A stretch of 64,000 nucleotides of DNA from the NCBI RefSeq assembly GCF_009914755.1, contig NC_060926.1. The stretch is one strand, 5' to 3'. Position numbers and translations under genes: made by a program. The notes beneath the pieces were generated by a model, which worked only from the letters and a program-made list of their open reading frames with translations, was not told the origin of the DNA and made no database searches. Positions 31,160 through 46,272 of the stretch are shown here, one piece after another. Source of the DNA: the human T2T-CHM13v2.0 reference genome, Homo sapiens. Position 1 is the first letter of the stretch. Every line of letters starts with the position of its first letter.

Positions 31160-31535
31160 GCAGCATGCTGAGGCAGAAGGGGCATGGATTTGGAGTCAAC
31201 AGACCTAAGTTAACTCTCACTCTGCTCTTTCCTAGCCGTTTAGCACTGGCGGGACACTCTGCTTTCTTGGTCCACTGTTTCTCTAAAACGAGGATGTAGA
31301 CATGATAACGATAGAGGGTGTACTTGGAGCATCCATTGTTTTGGGCCCTGTGTTAAGCACTCGAGGTGCAAGATCTCATTTAAGTTTCCTGACAGCTCTG
31401 TGCAGAAGGTACTATTATCTCCATTGTACAAATGAGAAAACTGAGGCTTAGACCTAAGGTCACATAGGAATTAGGGTTAAAGCTGGGATTTGGATCCAGC
31501 CAATGTGATTCCAGGGCTTATTTTCAGCAAGCTAC
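31160..31535. mobile_element. Two adjacent MIR fragments in opposite orientation
   Basis: GATTTGGAGTCAACAGACCT...CTGTTTCTCTAAAACGAGG (+) then ATTATCTCCATTGTACAAATGAGAAAACTGAGGCTTAGA (-). Confidence 0.65.
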
Positions 31536-32096
31536 ACTGCGATGGTCTCTAAGATCCCTGAAAGCTGTCAAAATGAGGTTTCCAGACACGAGTAGAACTG
31601 ACTGTGTGGGTGGTGCTGTGAGGGCTTACCACAAGGCAATATTGGACCACCTCTTCAATCCTTCATTGGTGGCAGCCTGCTGGCCATACCTACTCCTTGA
31701 TTTCTCTCCCCGGTTAGCAAATCACTTGAGGCCTTCAATTTAATTCCCTCTGAAGTCAGACTTCCTAAAAACAAAATCCACCCATTGTCCCAGATCTCCA
31801 TTTCTCCATGGAGAGTTACAAACATACAGAACTGGATAGTGGCCAATAATTAATCATGCTAATGACATGTCCTCTTTAGAGAGTGTGTGCATGTAAGTGT
31901 AAATACCTTTGTGTGTCTTGTCCATCCTCACCTAAGCTTGTCCAAGGATGTGATGTACATGTTTTCATGTGTTAAAGACAACATTTGAAATGTTACTGCA
32001 ATAAAACTAAACATCACCTATCCTATAAACTAGCAATTGCCTTAGGCACTTACTTAAGGAACATGAAAACATATATCCACTAAAAGAGTTATACAT

Positions 32097-32277
32097 GGGC
32101 TGGGCACAGTGGCATGAACCTATAATCCCAGCACTTTGGGAGGCTGAGGCAGGAGGATCACTTGAGGCCAGGAGTTCGAGACCAGCCTGGGCAACATGGT
32201 GAAACCCCATTTCTACTAAAAATACAAAAATTAGCCGGGCATGGTGGCACTCACCTGTAATCCCAGCTACTTGGGAG
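32097..32277 (+). mobile_element. 3'-truncated Alu (left arm plus start of right arm)
   Basis: Alu ends abruptly at CAGCTACTTGGGAG with no tail or TSD. Confidence 0.9.
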
Positions 32278-32279
32278 AG

Positions 32280-32358
32280 AGCCTGTGAGGCTACAGGCAA
32301 GATGGAGTCAACCATGCCATATTTGTCTCACTGTTATAATCTTTGCAAGGGCGATTTC
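32280..32358 (-). mobile_element. 5' terminal fragment of an LTR8-like ERV1 LTR
   Basis: Minus strand TGAAATCGCCCTTGCAAAGATTATAACAGTGAG...GACTCCATCTTGC. Confidence 0.7.
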
Positions 32359-33674
32359 AAAATCAGGGTTAGGCTGTGATGATTTTAGAAATTTCCCTTG
32401 AGTTTTCTGAGAAATGACAATTACACTTTTCAACGGATTCTGGCCCAGAAGCCTCCCAGACTTTTTTCAAGCCACATACGGAGTTTAATACACAGAGTTC
32501 TCATGTATCATTCACTACAAGTTATCTGAACCTCAGAAATGTATTGTCCCTGCTTGAAAAATTTCTTGTAGTGCAAAGGAAATGTGTGAGCATCTGCTCA
32601 GAATACCATAATCAAGAGCCTTGTGCTCCGAATAATATGCTCTAGTATGCAAGCTGTGGTGGGCTCTCCCCAAGAATTTGGAACAAGAGGTAGGAAGATT
32701 GTCCCTTGAGAGTAGAACCTTAAAATAAAGCGATTCAGCCTCAGACTCAACTTGACCTGATCAAATATATCTAAAAGAAGGCATCAGTAGTAGGGGACAC
32801 TGGTCAGTGATGAAAGTGAGGAAGGAGTCCCAGAGACAAATGTTGCTAGGGCCTGTTCTACACTACATGGGGTCACTAGAGCCTTAGTCAGTGCCTCTGT
32901 GTATAGTGCTATGGTCCCATTGGCAAGACAGACCTGTCAGCCTGTCCCATTCAGGTACCTTTAAACACTGCAATCATATATCCAACTTCCTTTGTTCTGA
33001 GCCCACCTTTTCCAAGCAACAGTTTGATGCTGACTTGGCTTCCCACGTAACTCTGTCTGTAGGGAGAGAAGGTGCTTGTTATGGGAAGTTGGACTATTTG
33101 CATTCACTGTGACATTGATTTTTCTTTGTGAATGAATGGGGCCATTTCTGGCTATGATTTTTCAATCCTTGTTGCTTCACTGTGGGGAGATGAGAGGATG
33201 TGGTGGCCATATTTACTTGGAATATTTCAGTCCTCGTGAGTGATTCCACTTGTAGATTGCTGACTCGCCAAGCCACGGACAAGCAAGGGATACGGGCAAG
33301 GAATATGTTCTTAGAAAATTCTATACTACCAGAAAACATATATGTTAAAAGAAAATTTCCCACAGGAAGTGATATAGGAAGGAATTGAGGCATTTTGGTC
33401 ACTCATACTTGGGAGACTGCAGACTGCATTATGCCCATATTTATAAAATTCTATAAATATTTCGATGTTTCAGATGTGTTGGGGGAGGAAGAAAGAGAAA
33501 GGAAAAGCTGTAGAATCAGGAGGAGATGATCTGGCCTCATTGAGGGTGTGGGGCATCGTGGACCAGTTCCAAAATAATTGAAACACAAATGTCCAGTCTC
33601 AACACAAGACAGAGAGCACTGCCACTCACTGGCTGTTGTGCTGAATTACCTGGCAATGACAGGCACGGTTTTCT

Positions 33675-34380
33675 GTATTAGTGTAAAGATTAATTTGTTG
33701 TAACAAATATGCCTAGAACATACTGGCTTAAATAAAGTAGAAGTTTATTTCTCTTCCTTGTAACACTTCAACTGATCTAGACTAGCAGGGCAGCTCAGTT
33801 CCATGGGGTTATTCTGGGACCCAGGCTCTTTTCATCTTACTGCTTTGTCTTTCCTTACTATAGCACTGTCCAATAGAATTTTCTGTGATGATGGAAATGT
33901 TCTACATCCATGGTGTATAATATGACAGTCAGCAGCTACATCTGGCTATTGAGCAGTTGAAATGTGGCTAGTGTGACTGAACCAATGTGATTAGTTCAAA
34001 ATAAAAATTGAACTAAAATTTTAATATTGATTTTAATTAATTTAAATGTAAATAGCTGCAGGTGGCTAGTGGTTACTGTACTTAAAAGAGCAACTCTAGA
34101 TCAAAGGTGGGAGGTCTCCAAGTCTAGTTCTAGTTCATACGAAGAGGGAGGAGAGTGTTAGTAGGACAAGGTGCTTGTTTTTAAGTTGGCAATGACCCAG
34201 AAGTTGCACACATTATTTTAGTTCAAATCCCATTGACCACACTTAGTTAACTGGCCAATCCCTACTTCAAAAACAGCTAAGAAATACAGTATCTGGCCAG
34301 GAGGCCGTGTGCCCAGGTACAACTTTATTATTATGGTCAAGTGACAGATTTTAGTGGACATCCAGAAGCCTAAGCCACAG
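33675..34380 (-). mobile_element. Old MLT1 LTR interrupted by MER3
   Basis: TGTATTAGT...GGCTTAAATAAAGTAGAAGTTTATTTCTCT start; CCACA end. Confidence 0.65.
33860..34094. mobile_element. MER3 (hAT-Charlie MITE)
   Basis: AGCACTGTCCAATAGAATTTTCTGTGATGATGGAAATGTTCTA...TGAAATGTGGCTAGTG. Confidence 0.85.
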
Positions 34381-35959
34381 CATCTCATCTTTGCAACCCT
34401 TAACTGTATGACTGTGTAGAATGCTCATATGAGCATTTCTAAGCCTGCTTAATAATACCCATCACAATTTCATGAGGTTATTGTGGGGGTCCCATGAGAT
34501 AACACTACTAAAACTCTCAGCACAGTGCTTGGCACATCATGTTCAGTCAACATTAGACATTGCTATCGTAGCTTTTCTTACCTATAATCTTGGCCTTCAG
34601 TAATGCATACTGAGCCTTCCAGACTTTCCTGTTCTGAGTGTGGGTTGCCTATGGTAACAAAAGCTCTAAATAAGTAATGAGGGCTATTTCAAAGACACAT
34701 AAGGGAAACACCAGACATGTACATCAGACACTGAGCTTGGCTAATGAGAGTATGTTTCTGAGAAAAAGGTTCATTTTATGTGCTGACAATCCCAGGTTTC
34801 TCGGCCTGAGAAATACTCACTGAGATTATTAATGTTACCATGAAGGGGCTCTTTGGAGACAGCTGGAGAGCTGGACAGCCAAAGACAGACAACATGTCCC
34901 TTGCCCTCCCCACTCCCTAATAGAGTGCAGGATAGCAAAAGGAGAAAGACATGCTTTTAAAAAGATGTCTGTGCTGGTCAGCTTGTGATGTTTCTTGATG
35001 AGCCGATAATGAGCGCATCTCTACCTTATTAGAAAAGATAAATAGAGACTGACTAGGGCGCTGCAGGGCAGTGACAGCTGTAGAAATTATCTGCTCTCAT
35101 CTCAGGGATGTCACACCAGTGTCACAAAACAGAGATCAACATTTAGCTTTTAAAATTACCTGAGTAAAGATAGTGAATTCACTAGAGACTGTCAATGCAT
35201 TTTAAAGAAATGTGTCATTTCAGAATAAGCATCTGTGAAACTGTATTTCAAAACATTGTGTGACAGTATTTCTTATTTGTCTTACCTGCTAAAAAGAAAC
35301 TTTGTGCCTTCTGTGTTTAGAAATAATAAAATACTAATCTGGTGAATGCTGGATGAAAATTTTAGGGATAATTTCTAGATTCCTCCTCTTTAAATTGTTA
35401 CTATATGGCGCATGTTAAAAACGAAAGCTAAATTGGGTTTTTGTTTTCTCTTAATGTCCCTCATAATCATGAGTGACATGAAATACAGTGATTTCATGAC
35501 ATAGTTTGTAAAAGTGAGAAGGTCTGTAATTCAGAACAAGTATCCTAGTAGAGAAAAATGTCAGACATAACCGAAATGGGGAGAGAAGATTCCCAGGAGA
35601 GCTTGTGATCTACCGCTGAATAGACCTGTGGAGGATTTGACAAGGGAATTCCACTGCACTCAACTTTTGTAAAGGGCAAGATTTCTCCCAGGGTCTGATT
35701 CTCACAATTTTATATAGCTAGTGGTTTAGGAATGATGGTATAGTCAGTCCTGAAGGAAAGTATCTATTTAAGTTAGCCTTGAGAGCCAGGATTCAAAAGC
35801 TGGGGACAGATGGATGGAGGGTCCCCCTTCAGTTGAAGCTAGGAAAACACTACCCAGTATTTTAAAAGAGAATTTTGCATTTGTGAGACACTGAGAATAA
35901 ACATGCTTGCTTCACAGCTGATGAAATCTCGTGGAGAAAAGACAGCTAAGGGATCATTC

Positions 35960-36460
35960 TAAAGGGAATGCAGTCCTCCTGTGACTGCCCTCAGGCCCTC
36001 GGATAAGGTCCAGACTGCTTAGTAAGACTTCAAAAAGTCTTTGTGATGGGACATTGCCCACCTTTCTATGCTGATTTTCCCCTCTCCCCTCCCTGTGCTT
36101 CAGCTGCTTTGGAGTTCCTGAGGAAGCCCTGGTCTGAGGCTTCACTGATGCTGTTCACCCTGCCTGGTGTACTTTCTGCCTCTTCTCCTCTCCCCTGTTT
36201 GCCTGCCTAACTCCTACTCACTGTTTAAGTCTGAGGCCAGGAAGGTTTTCCTGTCCACCCTCTAGAGGCAGGTAAATGCCCTTACTCTGGGATCCCATAT
36301 CCCTCTCTCTTCCCATCACAGGGCTCGCCACACTGTTGAGTAATTGCCTGTTTCCCAGTCTGAGCCTCCCATTGGATGGCCAGCTCCATTAGGGAATGAT
36401 GGGGTCTGTCTGTTTTGTCATTACAGCCTCAGTGTCCCCACTCAGGGTCTGCTGTAAGAC
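35960..36460 (+). mobile_element. L2 3' fragment
   Basis: CTAACTCCTACTCA, GGAAGGTTTTCCTG, GTCTGTCTGTTTTGTCATT degenerate L2 3' motifs. Confidence 0.55.
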
Positions 36461-37372
36461 AAATAGAAGATTGATCTCAAAAATCTCATTAAGATGTTTT
36501 TGGTTTAAAAGAGTAGTAGGTAAATCTATGATTACTATGGAAAATTAAAACCACAGAAGATAAATTTAAAAATGTAAGTTCTTTTTACTCCCACTCCACA
36601 GTCAATCTCACCATCCCCATAGGTAACAACTGTTACCAGTTTGCTGTGTTAACCTTCCAACCTTTTTGTATGCAAATTTCATATTCATAGATATATAATT
36701 TTAAGGCAAAAAGCAAGCCATATAAGGGTACATATGTGAAACACACATGTTGACACACCCAATTTATGTTAAAAATATATGTGTGTAGTTAACATTCTAA
36801 GTTGTCAGCAGCAAATGAACCGTTGATTTTAAACAGAAAAATAATTTAATGTAAAGTAGCTCATAAAATAAGCAGGAAGGCTAAATAAGCAGATTTGAAA
36901 AATGGGCAGGAAGAACAGGAAGCTGGACAGCCGACAGCACAGCTACACTTCCCCACAGAGCAGGTCCCATGAGGACCCTGCAGCTGTCCTGCAAGCCCTG
37001 AGCTCGTCGGGGGTACCCGACTGTCTCCAGCAGGGCAGCTTACTGCTGACCAGCAAATGCTGATTGATGCTGTTGCTAGTGTTATGATGAAGTCCAGTCC
37101 ACCCCGACCCCCAGTGATCTTTGCACTGTTAATTTTTGACTTGAAGGACCAGTCAGAGGACTGGTCAGGGCTAGGCAGGAGACTGCAACCAGCTGCAGTG
37201 GGACTGAACACACAGGTGTCTGGAGACAGGCGGCCTCTCCCTCCTACTAGTTCTCCTTCCTCCCAAGCTTTTCTTTTTCAATATTCTTTTGTTTTCTTTT
37301 AATGTTTAAATTTTGGATCCATCTGGGATTAATTTTGGCCCACAGAGTGACATAGGAATCCAACTTTACTGA

Positions 37373-37693
<321 letters not shown>

Positions 37694-37725
37694 TCAATAT
37701 ACCATTTAAAAAGTAACCCATTCCC

Positions 37726-40444
<2,719 letters not shown>

Positions 40445-40940
40445 AAAAGTAATCCTTTCTCACCCTGCCCTTGGTACACGATGTTTTGCAATGCCACCCT
40501 TTTACTGTATTAAATCTCTGTGTGCTTGAATATATGTATTCATGGATCCTCTATTCTCTTACACTGATCTGTCTATTCATGAACTAGCACCAAACTGTTT
40601 ACTTTTAATTTCAAAATAATCAATATATATTTTTTGAAACTTTATACTTTGAAATAATTCCAAACTCGAGTTGCAAAATTAGTGCAAAGAATTTCTATCA
40701 TCTAGCTTAGTTTCTCACTCTCTTTATTACCTATACTATATTATCACTGAAATTTTCATTCTGAACCATTTAAGAGGAAGTTGCAGACATGATGTCCTTT
40801 TATGCCTACTTTAGTAACTATTTCCTCAGAACAAGGACTTTCACTTAGATCACCACAGTACCATGCTCAAAATCGGGAGATTTATCATTGTTACAATGCT
40901 ATTATTTAATCTAAGGAATTTATTCACATTCTCTCAGTTG

Positions 40941-41299
40941 TCTGAATAATGTCCTTTACAGTAATTTTCAGTCATTTTTTTTCTGGTTCAATTGCAATCC
41001 AGGATCACTCCATTTATTTATTTTTATGTCTTTTTCTTTTTGTCTTCTTTAAAGTAGATGAGATCTTCAGACTTTGTTTCCCATGATTTTGACATTTTTT
41101 TAAGAAAACAGGCTATTAATATTTTTTAGACTATAATTTGAGTTTGTACAATATTTTAAAAAGTCACACAATGTTATTTGTATCTGCCAGCGTCCTGGCA
41201 GAAAACACAGGCACTCAGGCTATTCAAGAGACTTTAGTAAAGGGACAATTTTCAGAGATGTGGGCAGAATTAAGGAATGCAATAGGGATGGTGAGGTGC
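40941..41299 (+). repeat. Local direct duplication, copy 1 (about 355 bp)
   Basis: Colinear with 44420-44770. Confidence 0.9.
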
Positions 41300-42158
41300 T
41301 CAGGGGAGGGCAACAGCAGAAGCCAATCTCATTTCTAGGTCTGAAGGGGTAAGGGGAGTGGACACAGGACAAAAGCCAGGAGAGATCCGGAGCTTGGAGA
41401 AGAAATGAAGCCACCGCGTGGGAGCTCTGCCCAGTGCAGGATGTCGCAGGAGCCCCTCTCCCTCCTTCTGCCCCTTTATCTCTGCCGTGCCTTCCATTGG
41501 GTGAATTCAACCAGGCCCCAGGGGCAACGGAGCAGCAAGGTCAGCTTCCTGGGGCCCAGGGCAGGGCAGAGGAGGGCAGAGTAGATGGGGAAACTGACAG
41601 TGGGAAAGCAGGGCAAAGCCACAACACTGGGCACCATGCTAACAGCATCAAATGAGGAACACACTGTCCACCGCTACCCAGTCCTGCTCCTCAGAGACAA
41701 CCACCTCCAGCTGTTCTAGTTCATTTCCATCGTGTTCTACTGAGCCCTTGCATATTTCTAAACAATATACTGCTAGTTTTCAGTTTATCAATTGACTTCC
41801 TTCTCCTATTTTCCCTTCCTCTACTCCCATCACAGTTACATATTTTGTTGTTGTTAAATCAATAGTCAGTGTTTACATTATTATGACTGCAAAGATTGTT
41901 TAAGCCAAGGGCTTCATGATGGTTGAGCTTCCTTTCTTTTTAAATTCCTTTTTTCTGGAGCAATAAGCACATTGTTTTTTAATTTGTCTAGCTTTTAACA
42001 AACTTCTTGCTAAGCTCATCTAAACTCTCTAGAAATATTTTCATATGCTCTAACATATCTGCTTCTTTTATTTTATATTCCTGTCAGCCCGCTCCAATCG
42101 GGATTGGTCAGGCCCTAGACCTTCTACCTGCTGTTATCTGGAAGTTTCCCTATGCTGT

Positions 42159-43272
42159 TGTGGCAGGCGGAATTCTAAAGCTGTTCTTTAAGATTCCATC
42201 TACTGGTTCTTCAGTCAGACACTGGTCTAGTTTCTACTGTGGGACACTTTGTAGATGTTAGGAAGGTTACTAATCAGCTGACCTTAAAATAGGAATTTTA
42301 TCCTGGTGAGCCCAGTGTAATCACATGAGCCCTTAGAAGCAGAAGAGGAAGGCAGAAAAGTCAGTCAGGGAGATGTAGCTGGAAAGATGAGGCGGAGGGA
42401 GAGGTGAGAGAGATTTGAAGCATGAGAAAGCCTGACTTGCTGTTGCTAGCTTTGATGATGGAGGAAGGGAATCATGAGCTAGGACTGGAGTGGCCTCTAG
42501 AAGCTGCTGAGACTGACCCCATGGAAACAGGGACCTCCATCCTACTGACACGGGCCAACCCCAGAAGTGGGGCTCAGCCAGGGAAGATTCTTGGCTTCAC
42601 TCAGGAAAGAATTCAAGAGGGAGCTGACAGTGAAAGAAAACAAATTTATTAGAGCAATAGTGTACAGCAAAATGGCTGCTCCATAGAGGGCACAGGGCTA
42701 TCTCATAGGGCGGCACAGAGGGGCACTCGTGGATTGCTTGGTAGCTATATTTATACCCACTCTTACTTGCATGCTACATAAGGGGCAGATTATTCACAAC
42801 CTTTTTGGAAAAGAGGCAGGGAGTTCCTAGAACCATATAAAGTAACTTCCCGGTCATTGCCATGGCATTTGTAAACTGCTGTGCTGCTGGTGGGAGTGTC
42901 TTATGCAAATGTGTTATGATTCCTAGCCCTAGCTGGTCTTGGCTGGTTTAAATCAGCTCCTGTTTTGTTCAGTGGGGTCTTGTGATCAGTGCTCGGAAGA
43001 CGAGTCTTGCTGATCTCCTACCTTACCACAACTATATGGAACTGAATTCTACCAACAACCTGAATGAGCTTGGAAGCAGACTTAACCGCAAAGCCTCCAG
43101 AAAGGAATGTGCCCTATCAACATCTTGATATAGTGTGAGGCTATAAGCAGGGAATCAGCTAAGCCACTCTGTGCCTGGGTTTCTGGCCTGCAGAAACTGT
43201 GAGGTAATAAACTTGAGTTGTTTTAAGCCATTACGTGGTAATTTGCTACATCAGCCGGAGAAAGCCAATACA
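42159..43272 (+). mobile_element. MLT1E-like MaLR LTR split by an ERV1 LTR
   Basis: TGTGGCAGGCGGAATTCTAAAG start; AAAGCCAATACA end. Confidence 0.8.
42546..43025 (-). mobile_element. Nested ERV1 MER4-group solo LTR
   Basis: Interrupts MLT motif CCTAC|AACTATATGGAACTGAATTCT with near-TSD CTAC/CCAC. Confidence 0.7.
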
Positions 43273-43363
43273 GCTGTTGTCATGGCTTCTCTCTTCCGTT
43301 TTCTGTATTGGAGTCCCTATTTTCTAGGTCCTTTATCTTCCTCCTGGAGCATATTCTCTAGTA

Positions 43364-43882
43364 CAGCTGTTCTTAAACATCATGGTCTCAGGATCCTTTT
43401 ACATTCTTAAAAATTATTTAGGACCCCAAAGAATTTTTGTCGATGTGGTTATCTTTACCAACATTTATTTGCCATCCTAGAAATTAAAACTGAGAGATCA
43501 TTAAAATATTTATTAATTTCAAAATAATAAAACATATTACATATTAACATAAGTAACATTGTTTATGAAAAACAACTATATTTTTAAAGACAAAAACATT
43601 ACTGAGAAGAGAGGCATTGCTTTACATGTTTGCAAATCTCTTTAATGTCTGGCTTATTAGAAGACAGCTGTAGGGGTTCAGCATACATCACATTCCAAAA
43701 AAAAAAAAAAAAGAGAAGACATCTAGATGCTCAGATCTGGTTTGATGTATTGTTTTGATCGAGGTATGTGAAGAAAATCTGTTATCACACAGATATGTAG
43801 TTGGAAAAGTGACGACCTCGCTGATTCCTGAAAATGTCTCTGAGCCTCCACTGGTCTCTGGACCACACTTTGAAAACTGCTG
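43364..43882 (-). mobile_element. hAT-Charlie (Charlie1-type) deletion derivative
   Basis: CAG...CTG termini; 8-bp TSD CTCTAGTA / CTGTAGTA typical of hAT. Confidence 0.8.
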
Positions 43883-43892
43883 CTGTAGTATC

Positions 43893-44042
43893 TTGCTGCT
43901 CAAAGTGTAGCTCAGGGACTAGCAGCAACAATATCATCTGAGATCTGTAGAAATGTGGAATCTCAGACCTTCAGAATCAGAATGCACAGTTTATAAGATC
44001 CTCAGGTGACTCCTGTGCTCATGGAAGTTTGGGAGGCACTTC
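43893..44042. mobile_element. MER5-type MITE
   Basis: CTCAAAGTGTAG...AGCAGC...ATCATCTGAGA...GAATCAGAAT...AAGTTTGGGAGGCACT. Confidence 0.75.
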
Positions 44043-44419
44043 TTCAGTAGCTTCTAGCCAGGACAGTATTCTGGGGACCTTATATGTCTGAAAATTCCTT
44101 TCTTCTAGCCTCATGCTGGCTTGGTAGTTTGGCTGGGTATAAGCTAGATGCTAGGTGGATAATCATTATAGTTTTCCGTTTTTGTTTCCCCAGAGAATAA
44201 ATCAATGGTATCGAGTGGGAGAGTTGGGGACATTATTTACTTGGCAGAGTTGGGGAAAGGACAAGGGGTTTCTCAGTGCCCTGTAAATAGACTTCCCACC
44301 TGTCTCCCTTTTTTCAGTTCCTTGCCTCATTCCTGCCTCCCTCAGAACATTGTCCTCATACTTTCTGGGTGTCTGAAGGGGCATTGTGATCTTGTCCTCA
44401 TTGTTATATCATCTTCTAC

Positions 44420-44770
44420 TCTGAATAAAGTCCTTTACAGTAATTTCATAGTGATCTTTTCTTTCTGGTTCAATTGCAATCCAGGATCACACCATTTATT
44501 TAGGTTTTATGTCTTTTTAAATTTACATTAGATCTTCAGACTTTTGTTTCCCATGATTTTGACATTTTGAAAAGAAAACAGGTCATTAATATTTTTTAAG
44601 ACTATAACTTGGGTTTGTACAAGGTTTTAAAAAGTCACACAATGTTATTTGTATCAACAAGGGTCCTGGCAGGAAACACAGGCACTCAGACCATTCAGGA
44701 GACTTTAGTAGAGAGTCAATTTTTGGAGGTGTGGGCAGAATTAAGGAAGGCAATAGGGATGGTGAGGTGC
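44420..44770 (+). repeat. Local direct duplication, copy 2
   Basis: Shared blocks such as TTCTGGTTCAATTGCAATCCAGGATCAC, TTTTAAAAAGTCACACAATGTTATTTGTATC and GCAATAGGGATGGTGAGGTGC. Confidence 0.9.
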
Positions 44771-46014
44771 ATCATCCTTACTGCCTTCCTTCATTAGGAA
44801 TAAAGGCTATAAAGGCGCCTCATTTATAGCTTCCTCTGCCCCTCCCCTTCTCTTTGGATTTTTGTTTTCCCTTTTATTATTTCACTGTCCTTTTAATGAT
44901 GTTTCAATGGTTGTGTTTGCCCAGGAGTGTCCCAAATAGTTTTAATTACCAGAACACTACAAAATGTTCTGCTCTCTGCTGGAGCTAAAAGAGTTTTTCT
45001 GGCCCATCTTTTATTTTTATTTTTTCATAGAAACGTATAGGTTCCCCCCCCCCCCCCGCCTCAATCTATTGGCATTTTTATTGAGATCATATTAAATTTA
45101 TAGTTTAATTTAGGGGAGAATTGACATCTTTAAATTACTGAGTCTTTCAAAGACAGGGTATGGTTTTTCATTTATTCAATTATCTTTTATGTCCCTCAGT
45201 AGAATTTTAAAATTTACTTCTTGTAGATTTTGCCCATGTTTTGAATTTTATCTCTTTGGTTGTTGTTGTAAATGAGATCATTTTTTCCCATATACTTTGT
45301 AACTGTTTGGTGTTTCACTTACCATCCTATCAATGAGGATTTTTGATCTGTAAATCTCCTTTTGATATATAAATCTCCTTCATAACTTAAAATGTATTCA
45401 CTAGATGTTGGTTTAGTTTTAAAAGTAATACATGATATTATAAGCAATATTAACAAATGAAAAGTAAAATTTCCTCTCTCTTGGTCCCCATTTCACCCCT
45501 AGAGTTTATCACTGTGGGTTATTTCTTGTATAATTTTTCCAGAGCTTTTTTTTTTTTTTTTTTTTTTACTTATACATGGGTATATATGTATGTAACAAGA
45601 TATTCTTTCTTGTTGAAATGATATTCTTTCTCCCTTTTGGGTGAGGCCCAATAGCCTGGACACACAATAAAGGCCTTATACTTCCATGGGTTCAACCACC
45701 TTTGTAGGCTGTGCTAAGAGATTTTAAGTGAGGGTTGTCTGCATTAGACAGCTTCCCTCTGGCCAATGAGAGTAGGGGGTGTAGAGGCCGAGAGGTTTCT
45801 TTGGAGTTTTCTTCTCTCTCTTTTCTTCTAAGAGTTCTTTAGATGCAAAGTCAGGGCCTCTCTTCTTTCTTCTGGGCCAGGTAAAGTGCTGCTGATTAAA
45901 GCCTGCCTTGGATTGAATGAGCTTCCTTCTCATGGCTTCTCTGTTGTCGCTGGCTTTTGTCTGAGTCACCTTCACAAACAATCAGCTCTCTAGCTGGTTT
46001 GAAGAAACCACCTT

Positions 46015-46272
46015 GGCCAGGCACGGTGGCTCACACCTGTAATCCCAGCACTTTGTGGGGCTGAGGTTGGTGGATCACTTGAGGTCAGGAGTTCGAGACC
46101 AGCCTGGTCAACATGGTGAAACCCTGTCTCTACTAAATTACAAAAATTCGCTGGGTGTGGTGGTGCTTGAACCTGGGAGGTGGAGGTTGAAGTGAGCTGA
46201 GATTGTGCCACTGCACTCCAGCCTGGACGACAGAGCAAGACTCTGTCTCAAAAAAAAAAAAAAAAAAAAAAA
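46015..46272 (+). mobile_element. AluS with right-arm internal deletion
   Basis: TSD AAGAAACCAC on both sides; A tail of about 23 nt. Confidence 0.94.

Noticed and set aside
41138-41338. Similar 62-66 aa ORFs at 41138 and 44609 suggesting a small gene family
   Set aside because: TTG starts; similarity is explained by the DNA duplication and no coding signature is evident
45044-45057. Poly-C runs here and at about 28327-28337
   Set aside because: Isolated homopolymers with no supporting context
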